Shown: positions 11,841-22,284, counted from the stretch's first letter. The stretch is DNA of 64,000 nucleotides from an uncultured Chitinophagaceae bacterium (GCA_964355925.1 CAYHFN010000011.1:9986-73985); one strand, 5' to 3'. Made by a program: numbers and translations. The notes: generated from the sequence alone by a model not told the origin.

Positions 11841-13526
11841 TTAATCCGTTACCGCTCCGAGCGAACTTGTTGAAACCAGTTTGGCATATTTTGCCATTAC
11901 GCCTCGCGTGTATTTATTTTCTTTTGGTTTCCATGTGGACCGACGTTGAACAATTATTTTTTCATCAACATTGAGTTGAAGAATATTTTTCGTTGCATCG
12001 ATCGTTATAGAATCCCCCTCGTTGATCAACGCGATTGTTCCGCCCACAGCTGCTTCGGGCGCGATGTGGCCGACAACCATTCCATACGTGCCGCCGGAAA
12101 ATCTTCCATCGGTGATGAGACCAACTTTGTCTCCAAGCCCTCTTCCAATAATTGCAGAAGTTGGTGCGAGCATTTCTCTCATTCCCGGCCCCCCCTTTGG
12201 TCCTTCGTATCGAATCACGACGATATCTCCGGGAACAATTTTATTTTCCGTGATCGCTTTCATAGCGAGCTCTTCTGAATCGAACACACGTGCTGGTCCC
12301 GTGATCGTCGGATTTTTTACACCGGTTACTTTTGCCACAGCGCCTTCCGTTGCAAGATTTCCTTTTAAAATTATCAGATGTCCTTCTTTATACAATGGTT
12401 TATCGAAAGAGTGAATAACACTTTGATTTGCCGAAGGTTCGTTAGGAACATTTTTTAAAAGTTCGGCCATTGTTTGTCCGGTGATCGTTAAACAATCTCC
12501 ATGAAGAAGTCCGCGGTTCAACAACATTTTCATCACCTGCGGAACGCCCCCGGCTTTGTGAAAATCCACCACAAGATATTTTCCGCTAGGCTTCAGATCG
12601 CACAGCACGGGAACCTTTTTTCTTATCGTTTCAAAATCATCGATTGTCAGAGGAATGTTTGCCGAATGCGCAATCGCAAGAAAGTGAAGAACGGCATTTG
12701 TCGATCCCCCGATGGCGTTAATAACGTTGATCGCATTTTCAATCGACTTCCGAGTGATAATATCGAGTGGTCGAATTTTTTTCTTCACCGCACCCATCAG
12801 CACTTTTCCCGATTCATTTGCGCTGTCGGATTTTTCATGATCTTCTGCAGCCATGGTCGACGAATACATCAAGCTCATTCCCATCGCCTCAAAAGCAGAC
12901 GACATTGTATTTGCGGTGTACATTCCCCCGCATGAACCTGCACCGGGACATGAAAAACATTCCACCTCTTTTAATTCTTCCTCCGAAATTTTTCCGGCGC
13001 TGAATTGCCCGACAGCTTCGAATGCACTGACGATATTCAAATCTCTTCCATCCTTCGGATGATGCCCCGGCTTGATCGTTCCGCCGTACACAAATATTGC
13101 AGGAATGTTCATCCGCGAAAATGCGATCATTGCTCCTGGCATATTCTTGTCGCAACCACCGATCGCGATAACGCCATCCATACATTGCGCATTGCATGCT
13201 GTTTCAATTGAGTCCGCGATTACTTCACGGGAGACAAGAGAGAATTTCATTCCCTCTGTTCCCATTGCAATACCATCGCTGGCAGTGATCGTTCCGAATG
13301 ATTGCGGCATCCCTCCGGATTCTTTAATTCCCCTCTCAGCAACAGCCGCAAGGTCGTTTAACCCCATGTTGCAGGGAGTAATTGTGGAAAAACCATTAGC
13401 AACACCAATAATTGGCTTGGCAAAGTCGTCGTCATTAAAACCAACAGCGCGAAGCATAGCACGGTTTGGTGAACGGTTTGTTCCCTGGGTGATAATAGAG
13501 CTTCGTTCGTTGTCCATAAAAAACAC
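11841..13526 (-). CDS. ilvD: Dihydroxy-acid dehydratase
   Basis: 561 aa with IlvD/EDD family signatures ([37 protein letters not shown]). Confidence 0.93.
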   Translation of the reverse strand: MFFMDNERSSIITQGTNRSPNRAMLRAVGFNDDDFAKPIIGVANGFSTITPCNMGLNDLAAVAERGIKESGGMPQSFGTITASDGIAMGTEGMKFSLVSREVIADSIETACNAQCMDGVIAIGGCDKNMPGAMIAFSRMNIPAIFVYGGTIKPGHHPKDGRDLNIVSAFEAVGQFSAGKISEEELKEVECFSCPGAGSCGGMYTANTMSSAFEAMGMSLMYSSTMAAEDHEKSDSANESGKVLMGAVKKKIRPLDIITRKSIENAINVINAIGGSTNAVLHFLAIAHSANIPLTIDDFETIRKKVPVLCDLKPSGKYLVVDFHKAGGVPQVMKMLLNRGLLHGDCLTITGQTMAELLKNVPNEPSANQSVIHSFDKPLYKEGHLIILKGNLATEGAVAKVTGVKNPTITGPARVFDSEELAMKAITENKIVPGDIVVIRYEGPKGGPGMREMLAPTSAIIGRGLGDKVGLITDGRFSGGTYGMVVGHIAPEAAVGGTIALINEGDSITIDATKNILQLNVDEKIIVQRRSTWKPKENKYTRGVMAKYAKLVSTSSLGAVTD

Positions 13527-13906
13527 AGTGAAATTAGTAAATTTAGTGAGATTTTACACTTAGAATGTATCGATTTTTCGCAGAAATTCAAAGATTACGC
13601 GAAAATACTTTGTATTAGAACAATAATTAATTAATTGTTGTAGGAAATATGAAATCTTTACTATATCTTTACAACGTCAATTAACAGTACACCGTAATAA
13701 CTCCTTAGGGAGTCTTCTGCTCAGTAGCGTTGTAAGAGCCGCTTGTCTTTACAGTTTGATGGATCGTTACACCTGTTTTCTCTGAACACACCATCATCGA
13801 GAAACCGCTTTTGAAATTTAAAGCGAGTAAGGTAACTAAGTCGGTATTCTCGGAGTACACCCGTCCGGTGGTCTTGCCGGACAACATAAATGAAAGGATG
13901 TGTTCC

Positions 13907-14107
13907 ATGGAAAAAGGAACAGTCAAATGGTTCAACGGAACAAAAGGTTTCGGTTTTATTTCACGCACAAATGGCGACGATGTGTTTGTTCACTTCAAAG
14001 CGATTGTTGGTGAAGGTTACAAAAACCTTAACGAAGGCGACAAAGTCGAATTCGACGTTGAACAAGGTCCGAAAGGATTTCAAGCTGCAAACGTTCGCGT
14101 TATCTAA
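13907..14107 (+). CDS. cspA: Cold-shock protein (CspA family)
   Basis: [30 protein letters not shown] carries the RNP1 and RNP2 motifs. An AAGGA Shine-Dalgarno lies upstream. The track ORF starts at 13811, but the conserved 66-aa Csp begins at the ATG at 13907. This leaves a 5' UTR / intergenic region of about 380 nt. Confidence 0.9.
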   Translation: MEKGTVKWFNGTKGFGFISRTNGDDVFVHFKAIVGEGYKNLNEGDKVEFDVEQGPKGFQAANVRVI

Positions 14108-14131
14108 TACGCAAGCGAAAACTGCTTTTTG

Positions 14132-14167
14132 AACAGAACACCCCGCTAACGCGGGGTGTTCTGTTTT
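14132..14167 (+). terminator. Rho-independent terminator after csp
   Basis: 15-bp perfect stem (AACAGAACACCCCGC / GCGGGGTGTTCTGTT), 4-nt loop, trailing TTTT. Confidence 0.85.
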
Positions 14168-14269
14168 AAAAACGGCCGAAATAAGATTTTCCTAATGCTT
14201 CAACCGTTGACTTTTTAAAATGATTTGACTACCCTTTGAAAAGTTATTGGTATAATTTTTCTATGAACA

Positions 14270-17020
14270 TTGTGCAGCAATATGAAATCTATTGATCAAC
14301 ATTTGAATGAAATTCGCTCTGTTCTGACGGAAGAGACCACCGCTCTTTCTCAAACGCCGCGAGAATCAATCCTTAGCAACGGTCAACGAATTGCTTTGCG
14401 TGGCGACGCCTCTGTCTACCGGTTTGAAATCCCCGAGAATTATCGGTTTACCCCTTCGTCCACCGTTCGTTGCACAATCGGTTCGACCGTTCGATTTTCA
14501 TTCCCCGCGGCTGTTGCGGATGTTCAAAGCCAATTTTTATTTCTATTATTCCCGTGCAATGTTGGTGAGTTTATTCCTGAGATAGAATGTAAGTGGAATC
14601 CTTCTGAAAATATTGAACAGCTCGGTAAACTTTGGTCAATCTTTTCTTCTACCGCCATAGTCAACAATCTCTTCGAAAGAAACTTTTCGGACAATCAGTT
14701 TTCCCCAAAAAAAGACCCAATATTTTCATCAACATTTTCGTCATCACAGCAAGAGGCAATAAAGCAATCGCTGAATAGAAAAATATCATTCGTTATCGGA
14801 GAACGCAGATGTGGAAAAACCGGTGTTGCAGCGCTTCTTTTATTAAACGGACTTCGCGAAGGGAAACGCGTATTATATCTATCCGGTTCCGCAGGAAGCC
14901 TCCACGATTGTTTGAAAGAGATTGCCGGGGTTAATCCGGTCGCAGTTGAAGATTCCATCACGGTTATGAGTGAAGGATTATTTTTTCGTCCCGATGTCTC
15001 GGTTGAATATCTGCCGAAGATACCGCCAATAAACGAAGAGACGCGCACTGGTTTAAAGAAGTTGATTTCCATGATTACCGCAGAATCCGAATACACGCAT
15101 GTTCAACTTCTTCAAGATAAACTGAATGAGAAACAGCGACAGATCCATGATGCCGGCGATGAATGGCAAAGCGTGGCGAATGAATTGAACCGCATTCAAA
15201 ATGCTTCAATGATAGAACGTTTGCGGACAGGAAAAAAAACAATTGAAGAACTTCAAACCAAACAGAGCGACAAACATGCGCTTCTAGAACGACTGCGATT
15301 GCATCAGAATGCTCTCAACAAGGAATTGTTGAAAGAAGAATTGCGTCTTCCTATTACTCTTAAAGATAAAAGAGCCGTTGAGCAATTTGCATTGACACAA
15401 TTTCCAGTCATGGACATGAAAAAAGCAGAAGAAAGCATTCTGTTAAAACAATGTTTTGCTACAACCGTCCACAACATTACGGCAATGCCGCAATCTGTAT
15501 TGTCTACGTTCGACATTGTCTGTATCGACGACGCTCATTCGTTAAATCTGCCACAACTTCTGTTGTTTGCGTCATTTGCAAAAGAACGATGCTTCGTTCT
15601 GGCAGACGCTACGGAACAGCCGCCGCAATCCGTATCACAATTCGATGCCGCCCGTCTGTGGCTTCACAAAAATTATTTCACGTATTTTCAGAAAGAGGAT
15701 GTTGATCATTATCGTTTTATGGTTAACATCCTTCCCCATAACGTTGTCAGTGAATTACAATCAACGAATTCGCCCCCAACCATTTTCGAATCGAGCTTGA
15801 TGGCTGCGCTGGAGAACACCGATCATCAGCCAGGAGGAAAAGGAAGGGTGTTCCTTATCAACACAGAGGATCAACACGCGGTATCTCCGCAGTACATTGG
15901 TAAGAAAAAAATCCTTCCGTTCAACGAAGTGAATGCAAAACGAGTGATTGATTGCATCAAGCACGCATTGCTACATGGAGCAACAACTCTTGCCGATATT
16001 TTAATCGTTACACCGCCGAGCGGACAAACCATGTTCTTGCGTGAACATTTGAAAGCACATCAATTTGGGAATGTTGAAATTACAACGCTTGGCTCAATTC
16101 GTTTATGCTCTAAGCGTACGGTTATTTTCGATCTTACGGCGGCAGGAATCGATTTTACATTGCGCTCTTTAGATGACAAAAAAGTCGGATTAGTTCAGGT
16201 TGCCGATATGTTTAACACACTTTTTTCTACCGTTAGCGACGACCTGTATGTTGTTGCTGATGTTGCTCACTTCAGAAATAAATACAAAGGGCGGTTTATA
16301 GCAACGCTATTAGAGAAAATACATTCGGTCCGCGAGAATGAAGCGGCAATCATCAGCGCCGTACGACGATTTGACGATCTTCCGCAGGAGATTCGCAAAA
16401 AAGTGATCTTTGGCAGCGAAGAAGAAAAAAATCAACACGATTATAGACTTAAGCTTGAACAATCAAAGCAATCAACGCTTGAATCATCAAAAAATGCGCC
16501 GGTCAATTCAATTGCAGCAGCCGACAAAAAACTGAAATCGGAAATCCGACTTGCATGTTTGCGAGTTCTTGGCCATCGAGAGATGATCAATCTTATCACA
16601 CAGTATCTCGGCGCACTTCCGCTCTATAAAACCACCGCCGAGACACAGAAATTTTCATCACTTCTTCCGGAATGTGATTGTCAACATGAGAACGATTTTA
16701 AGATCGTAATGGATATGTGGAATTTATTGATCTATGAAACAAGCGATATTCGAAAAATAGATCATCCACTTTTTCAAAAAGCGAGAGTTGATTCAAAAGT
16801 TCCAATCGATCTTCAACAGATTCACTCTTTCTATCACTCTGATCTTGAAATGGTAGTAGAAGAAGGAAAGCATCGCCTTGCACAGAGCATTCAAAAGATA
16901 TTCAATGATTGTATCGGAAAAAAACCGGTGACCCCAACCGATTGGATGAATGCATATATTGTTTTCCTCAACAGGATGGAGAAATATCTCGATACCATCA
17001 TCAATCAAATCCGCGCATAA
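14270..17020 (+). CDS. SF1 (Upf1/DNA2-like, AAA_11/AAA_12-type) helicase-fold protein with degenerate catalytic motifs
   Basis: 916 aa. Q-motif/motif I is SQQEAIKQSL...FVIGERRCGKTGV. A coiled-coil insert (about aa 270-350) follows. Motif II is FDIVCIDDAHS and motif III-like is FVLADATEQPP. Motif IV/V-like is ILIVTPPSGQ. The motif V/VI regions lack the canonical arginines (VEITTLGSIRLCSKRTVIFDL and VQVADMFNTLFSTVSDDLYVVAD). About 180 aa at the N-terminus and about 250 aa at the C-terminus are unassigned. Confidence 0.6.
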   Translation: MCSNMKSIDQHLNEIRSVLTEETTALSQTPRESILSNGQRIALRGDASVYRFEIPENYRFTPSSTVRCTIGSTVRFSFPAAVADVQSQFLFLLFPCNVGEFIPEIECKWNPSENIEQLGKLWSIFSSTAIVNNLFERNFSDNQFSPKKDPIFSSTFSSSQQEAIKQSLNRKISFVIGERRCGKTGVAALLLLNGLREGKRVLYLSGSAGSLHDCLKEIAGVNPVAVEDSITVMSEGLFFRPDVSVEYLPKIPPINEETRTGLKKLISMITAESEYTHVQLLQDKLNEKQRQIHDAGDEWQSVANELNRIQNASMIERLRTGKKTIEELQTKQSDKHALLERLRLHQNALNKELLKEELRLPITLKDKRAVEQFALTQFPVMDMKKAEESILLKQCFATTVHNITAMPQSVLSTFDIVCIDDAHSLNLPQLLLFASFAKERCFVLADATEQPPQSVSQFDAARLWLHKNYFTYFQKEDVDHYRFMVNILPHNVVSELQSTNSPPTIFESSLMAALENTDHQPGGKGRVFLINTEDQHAVSPQYIGKKKILPFNEVNAKRVIDCIKHALLHGATTLADILIVTPPSGQTMFLREHLKAHQFGNVEITTLGSIRLCSKRTVIFDLTAAGIDFTLRSLDDKKVGLVQVADMFNTLFSTVSDDLYVVADVAHFRNKYKGRFIATLLEKIHSVRENEAAIISAVRRFDDLPQEIRKKVIFGSEEEKNQHDYRLKLEQSKQSTLESSKNAPVNSIAAADKKLKSEIRLACLRVLGHREMINLITQYLGALPLYKTTAETQKFSSLLPECDCQHENDFKIVMDMWNLLIYETSDIRKIDHPLFQKARVDSKVPIDLQQIHSFYHSDLEMVVEEGKHRLAQSIQKIFNDCIGKKPVTPTDWMNAYIVFLNRMEKYLDTIINQIRA

Positions 17021-17183
17021 TCCTGCATTGCATTTTACTTTGATTTGTGCTACTTTGATACAACATTTTATTCAACTTTCCGTCATTTCGAGATTGAAGC
17101 GGCGACACGCAAGCAGAACGTATCGTCGTCCCGATAAAAGAATATCGCGACTCCTTGTAATGACTTAATTTTCTATTGAGCGT

Positions 17184-18425
17184 ATGGCAGAAGAGACACC
17201 AGAACAAACCCCGGATCCATCATCGGAGCAATCCAACAATAATCAGAAACGTGAAAATCCGTTTCGTCGCAAGAATTTTCGGGGAAAATACCCGCGACCG
17301 CAGCGAAAACCGGAATCGGAATTTCCATCGCTCGAAAAGATAGAAGAATTACCGGCATCAATTTTCCCCGAGGTTGCCGAAGAAAAACAGTTACAATCAC
17401 AACCCACACCGCAACCAAAACAACAACAGAGAACGCAACAACCGCGACAGCACAAACCGTCGCAAGCTCAACCACAGCAGCAGGCTCAGTCCCGAAACAC
17501 ACTTATTTCAGTAATTATTCCGTTGTTGAACGAAGAAGAATCTCTCCGCGAGCTGCACGATCAACTGAAGAACGTTTTGTCTCGTATCGGCGGAAATTAT
17601 GAATTGATCTTTATCGACGATGGTTCAACAGATAATTCTTTTAAAGTGCTTCGCGAGCTTCGTCAGCGTAACAACCGTGTTAAAGCAGTACGTTTCCGAA
17701 GAAACTACGGCAAAAGCGCCGCGCTTGCAGTCGGTTTCCAAAAAGCGCAGGGTGAATATGTGATCACGATGGATGCCGATCTTCAGGATGATCCGTCAGA
17801 GATTACAAATATCGTTCGCGAACTAAAAGGGGGACTTGATGTTGTTTCCGGCTGGAAGAAAAAAAGAAAAGACCCGCTCGGAAAAACCATCCCTTCAAAA
17901 TTCTTTAATTACGTAACCGCAAAAGTAACAGGGATCAACATCCATGATTTCAATTGCGGTCTTAAAGGATATAAGAACGATGTTGTAAAGAGTGTGAATG
18001 TATACGGCGAACTTCATCGCTACATTCCAGCGCTGGCACATTGGCTCGGATTCAAAGTTGGTGAAACTGTGGTGAACCATCGTCCGAGAAAATTTGGAAA
18101 AACAAAATTTGGAATGGCTCGTTACTCCCGCGGATTCCTCGATCTGCTGACCGTTGTGTTCACAACACGGTATGTTTCGCGCCCACTCCATCTATTTGGC
18201 GGCTGGGGCATTTTATCATCGCTCATCGGATTTTTCATCAGTCTGTGGCTCGTATATGAAAAATATTTCAATGATCAACCGCTCAGCAATCGTCCGCTCT
18301 TTATTGTAGCATTGATCATGATCATCGTTGGTGTGCAGTTCGTTTCCATGGGACTTCTCGGCGAACTGATCACGCGCAACCAGCAGATGGAAAAACAATA
18401 TTCAGTCAAAGAAGAAATCAACTGA
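17184..18425 (+). CDS. Family 2 glycosyltransferase (polyprenyl-phosphate sugar transferase type: DPM1 / ArnC / GtrB-like)
   Basis: 413 aa. GT2 core (VIIPLLNEEESL...IFIDDGSTDNS...ITMDADLQDDP) plus two C-terminal transmembrane helices. It is preceded by an N-terminal extension of about 110 aa that is basic and then Q/P-rich and low-complexity. No alternative in-frame start lies before the GT2 core. Confidence 0.8.
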   Translation: MAEETPEQTPDPSSEQSNNNQKRENPFRRKNFRGKYPRPQRKPESEFPSLEKIEELPASIFPEVAEEKQLQSQPTPQPKQQQRTQQPRQHKPSQAQPQQQAQSRNTLISVIIPLLNEEESLRELHDQLKNVLSRIGGNYELIFIDDGSTDNSFKVLRELRQRNNRVKAVRFRRNYGKSAALAVGFQKAQGEYVITMDADLQDDPSEITNIVRELKGGLDVVSGWKKKRKDPLGKTIPSKFFNYVTAKVTGINIHDFNCGLKGYKNDVVKSVNVYGELHRYIPALAHWLGFKVGETVVNHRPRKFGKTKFGMARYSRGFLDLLTVVFTTRYVSRPLHLFGGWGILSSLIGFFISLWLVYEKYFNDQPLSNRPLFIVALIMIIVGVQFVSMGLLGELITRNQQMEKQYSVKEEIN

Positions 18426-18454
18426 TCTATGTGGTAAGAATTTTTTTTGTCACA

Positions 18455-18483
18455 ATGCCGAACACTGTTCGGCATCTTTTTTT
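18455..18483 (+). terminator. Rho-independent terminator after the GT2 gene
   Basis: ATGCCGAA-CACTG-TTCGGCAT followed by TTTTTTT. Confidence 0.75.
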
Positions 18484-18515
18484 CGTGCAATATAATCTAT
18501 AGCGTGTAATCCTTC

Positions 18516-19640
18516 ATGAAAATCCTTCTTCTCGGTCCTGCATACCCTCTCCGCGGTGGAATGGCGCATTTTATTGCGATGCTATACACACACCTGACGA
18601 AACGAGGACATGATGTTTCCGTCATTTCGTTCACACGCCAATACCCAAAGATATTGTTTCCCGGAAAGACACAGGAAGAGAGCGGTGATGCGGGAATTCC
18701 GGTACCAAGCACCGCGTTGATCGATTCCATCAATCCTTTTAACTGGATCACTCAAGGATTGAAACTGCGGAAACAAAATGCCGATCTCGTGATCTCAACA
18801 TTTTGGATTCCATTTCTTGCACCAAGCTCCGGAACACTTCACGCGTTGCTCCGCACGAAAAAAACAAAAACGCTGACGATCCTTCATAATTTAATCCCGC
18901 ATGAAAAACGCCCCGGCGACATGATGTTGACCCGCTGGCTCATGACGTTTACGAATTATTTTATTGCTCAGTCCGCTTCGGTGGAAAAAGATCTGTTATC
19001 TCTTCTTTCGTCGGCAAAATATAAACGTGTAGCACTTCCAATGTTCGACCTGTTCCACAACCGTATTCCAAAAACAGAAGCACGTAAACACCTTGCAATT
19101 ACTGATGAAAAAGTGATCATGTTTTTTGGGTACATCCGTCCGTACAAAGGATTACATGTTTTGATTGAGGCAATGAAAATTGTCAAACAAAAAATGAATG
19201 TTCGTCTTTTGGTGTGCGGGGAATATTACGGAGACGAAGAAAAATATCGCGCACACATGAAGGAAGCAGGAATAGAAAATATCACAACGGTGTTTTCGGA
19301 TTATATTCCTAACGAAAAAGTACATATCTTCTTTTCGGCAGCAGATGTTGTGGTGCAACCATATATTTCTGCCACACAAAGCGCCATAGCACAGATCGCA
19401 TATTTTTTTTCGTCGCCAATCATTGCGACGAATGTGGGAGCACTTCCGGAGGTGGTGATCAACGAGAAATCGGGATTGATCGTTCCGCCGGGTGATCCAC
19501 AGCAATTAGCAGATGCAATTTTGAGATTTTACAACGAAAAGATGGAAGCGAAATTAACCGCCGGAGCATCGGAAGAGCGGAAAAAATATACGTGGGATGC
19601 GATGGTGGACGCCATTGAACAATTAACTTTAAAAGGGTGA
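18516..19640 (+). CDS. Family 1 (GT4-type) glycosyltransferase
   Basis: 374 aa with the C-terminal GT-B motif EKSGLIVPPGD and the FGYIRPYKG region. Confidence 0.8.
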   Translation: MKILLLGPAYPLRGGMAHFIAMLYTHLTKRGHDVSVISFTRQYPKILFPGKTQEESGDAGIPVPSTALIDSINPFNWITQGLKLRKQNADLVISTFWIPFLAPSSGTLHALLRTKKTKTLTILHNLIPHEKRPGDMMLTRWLMTFTNYFIAQSASVEKDLLSLLSSAKYKRVALPMFDLFHNRIPKTEARKHLAITDEKVIMFFGYIRPYKGLHVLIEAMKIVKQKMNVRLLVCGEYYGDEEKYRAHMKEAGIENITTVFSDYIPNEKVHIFFSAADVVVQPYISATQSAIAQIAYFFSSPIIATNVGALPEVVINEKSGLIVPPGDPQQLADAILRFYNEKMEAKLTAGASEERKKYTWDAMVDAIEQLTLKG

Positions 19641-19684
19641 ATTTGAACTCTGTTTGGAGATTTTCATAATTCATAATTCAAACT

Positions 19685-20494
19685 ATGCAATACGATCCAA
19701 TTAAAAATATTATAGGCGATGTCGCAAAGAAAGCACCGATTCTCAGAAAATTCTTCTATTGGATCCTTGGTGTGATGTTCCTGCGGACATGGTATGTTAA
19801 ACGAGCATTACGGGAACTTCTTGGTAGCAAAAAAGAATCGTTCAACCTGTTTGATGCGGGGAGCGGATTCGGACAATATTCGCATTTTATTGCGAAGACA
19901 TTCCCGAAAGTGAATATCCATGCGATCGATGTGAAGGAAGATTATATCGAAGACTCCCGACAGTTCTTCTCTGCTGTTGGAATTTCGAATGTAAAGTTTG
20001 GCGTTGAAGATCTTACGATTCCGACACACAACAACAGGTTCGATTTTATTCTTTCCGTTGATGTGATGGAACATATTGCGGATGATGTTCAGGTTTTCAA
20101 GAATTTTTTTGCTGCGATGAAGAGCGGCGGACGATTATTGATCCACACACCGTCGAATTTAGGCGGTTCGGATGTCCATCAAGAAGGTGATAAGAGCTTT
20201 GTTGAAGAACATGCGCGAGATGGATACTCTGTTGAAGAGATTACGACAAAACTTCGCGGCGTAGGATTCAATATTCTCTATACAAAATATTCCTACGGAC
20301 CAGTTGGAACATTTGCGTGGCGTTTAGTTGTGAAATATCCATTGTTGATAGTGAACGCGAGCAAAGCATTCTTTATCGTTCTTCCCTTCTATTATTTGCT
20401 TACGCTCTGGTTTTCGTTAATTTTGATGTGGATCGATTTCAATTCAACAAATATAACAGGAACAGGTTTGATGGTAGCGGCGGAGAAGAAATAA
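19685..20494 (+). CDS. Class I SAM-dependent methyltransferase with C-terminal membrane anchor
   Basis: 269 aa. Motif I is LFDAGSGFGQYSHFIA. The post-I acidic residue is IHAIDVKE. A DVMEHI motif is present. Two C-terminal hydrophobic helices follow. Confidence 0.75.
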   Translation: MQYDPIKNIIGDVAKKAPILRKFFYWILGVMFLRTWYVKRALRELLGSKKESFNLFDAGSGFGQYSHFIAKTFPKVNIHAIDVKEDYIEDSRQFFSAVGISNVKFGVEDLTIPTHNNRFDFILSVDVMEHIADDVQVFKNFFAAMKSGGRLLIHTPSNLGGSDVHQEGDKSFVEEHARDGYSVEEITTKLRGVGFNILYTKYSYGPVGTFAWRLVVKYPLLIVNASKAFFIVLPFYYLLTLWFSLILMWIDFNSTNITGTGLMVAAEKK

Positions 20495-20625
20495 CATATA
20501 ACTGTTCTTTGCAATACAATAGGTCCATTCATACAATGGTGATCCCTCTATCCTTTCACGGCATTTCTCCTTATATTTAGTAAGTAATTCGTTTTCTCCT
20601 CCTCTTTATTACTTCGCATATTATT

Positions 20626-22284
20626 ATGAATTTTTTTATTGAACTACTTGCTGCAAATCAATTATTGATATTGTTTCTCGTTATCGGTCTCGGTTATCTC
20701 ATCGGCAACATCAAAATGTTTGGCTTCAATCTTGGGATCACCGCCGTACTGTTTGTGGGAATGGCGCTCGGCGCGCTTGATCCGAGGCTTGCGCTTCCCG
20801 ACCACATCTATATTCTTGGATTGGTCTTGTTTGTTTATTCAATCGGATTACATGCCGGTCCTAATTTTTTTGCATCGTTCAATAAGCATGGATTAAAATC
20901 GAATGTCTTTGCACTCATCGTCATAGGCTCCAGCGCTCTTGTTGCAGTTCTTATTTCCAAGTTTTCTAACATGCCCGCATCGATCATTTCAGGAATTTAT
21001 TGCGGTGCGCTGACGAATGCTCCTGCTCTTGCCGCTTCCATTGAAACTGTAAAATCACTTTCTGCCGGTATGCCCGCAGCGTCACGCGACGCACTTGCAA
21101 ATAATTTTGTTGTCATGTTCGGTCTAACGTATCCGTTTGGTGTTCTTGGATTGATCCTTTTCTTTTATGCGTTCATTAAGATATTTAAGGTTGATCTTGC
21201 GAAAGAAGAAGAAAACCGCATCAGTCAATCGGATTCGAATGACATCATCAGTAAAACTTTTCGAATTACCAATCCGGCGGTGATTGGAAAAACAGTTGAT
21301 GAAGTAATGCACACGCTGTTAAAGACAGGATTTGTTCTCAGCCGGATAAAAAAAGGAAACGATATTGTTGTTGTTACTCCCGCCATTATCCTTGCCGCCG
21401 GGGATGAGATCGTTGTTGTCGGAACCGAGACGTCACTCTCACGTGCTGCAATTTTATTCGGGGAAAAATTAGAACAACATCTTGGAACAGAGAATGACGG
21501 AATCGAATATCGGAGAATTTTTGTTTCCAGCCATAAGGTTGCCGGAAAAAAGATCCATCAGCTGAATCTGGAAAAAGATTTTGGAGCTACGATCACGCGG
21601 GTTCGCCGAGGTGATATCGATCTGGTTCCTTCTCCCGAGATGATCCTTGAGCTTGGGGACCGAGTGCGTGTTGTTACCCGGAAGGAGAATTTGGATACGG
21701 TCACCAAATTCTTTGGAGATTCGATCAAAGGAATTTCGGAAACTGATTTTCTTTCTCTGTCGTTCGGAATTGTGATTGGTGTATTTGTTGGAATGTTTCC
21801 TATCCCCCTTCCAAATGGAACATCGTTTAAATTAGGTTTCGCGGGCGGACCACTTGTCGTTGCATTACTTCTTGGTCGCCTTCAGAGAACCGGCTCTATC
21901 ATTTGGACACTTCCATTCAGCGCAAACATGGTTCTGCGTCAGATTGGTTTGATATTTTTTCTTGCTGGGATCGGCACCAAAGCAGGCTTTGGATTTGGCA
22001 GCACATTTCAATCCGGAGGTTTTGGATATATTCTTGCCGGTGCTGCTATCACCAGTTTTGCCGCGATCACGACGATCGTTATCGGTTATAAATTTTTAAA
22101 GATTCCGATGACAGCATTGATGGGAATTGCGAGCGCAATTTCTACCCAGCCCGCGGCGCTGGCATACGCAAATCAGCACGCACAAAATGAACAGCCAAAT
22201 CTTTTCTATACAAGCGTTTACCCGGCATCAACAGTAGCAAAAATAATCTTAGCGCAGATACTAGTGACAGCGCTTTGGAGATGA
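20626..22284 (+). CDS. AAE-family transporter (YidE/YbjL/AspT type) with tandem TrkA-C (RCK_C) domains
   Basis: 552 aa. Two blocks of 5-6 transmembrane helices flank two cytoplasmic RCK_C-like segments (FRITNPAVIGKTVDE... and RRIFVSSHKVAGKKIHQL...). Confidence 0.8.
   Translation: MNFFIELLAANQLLILFLVIGLGYLIGNIKMFGFNLGITAVLFVGMALGALDPRLALPDHIYILGLVLFVYSIGLHAGPNFFASFNKHGLKSNVFALIVIGSSALVAVLISKFSNMPASIISGIYCGALTNAPALAASIETVKSLSAGMPAASRDALANNFVVMFGLTYPFGVLGLILFFYAFIKIFKVDLAKEEENRISQSDSNDIISKTFRITNPAVIGKTVDEVMHTLLKTGFVLSRIKKGNDIVVVTPAIILAAGDEIVVVGTETSLSRAAILFGEKLEQHLGTENDGIEYRRIFVSSHKVAGKKIHQLNLEKDFGATITRVRRGDIDLVPSPEMILELGDRVRVVTRKENLDTVTKFFGDSIKGISETDFLSLSFGIVIGVFVGMFPIPLPNGTSFKLGFAGGPLVVALLLGRLQRTGSIIWTLPFSANMVLRQIGLIFFLAGIGTKAGFGFGSTFQSGGFGYILAGAAITSFAAITTIVIGYKFLKIPMTALMGIASAISTQPAALAYANQHAQNEQPNLFYTSVYPASTVAKIILAQILVTALWR

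Noticed and set aside
12022-13563. Several 100-160 aa plus-strand ORFs inside ilvD
   Set aside because: They are antisense shadows of a conserved gene.
17021-17183. Possible structured element upstream of the GT2 gene (gtcatttcgagattgaagcggcgacacgcaagcagaacgtatcgtcgtcccgat)
   Set aside because: Only short imperfect complementarity and no convincing stem-loop. It is probably just promoter sequence.
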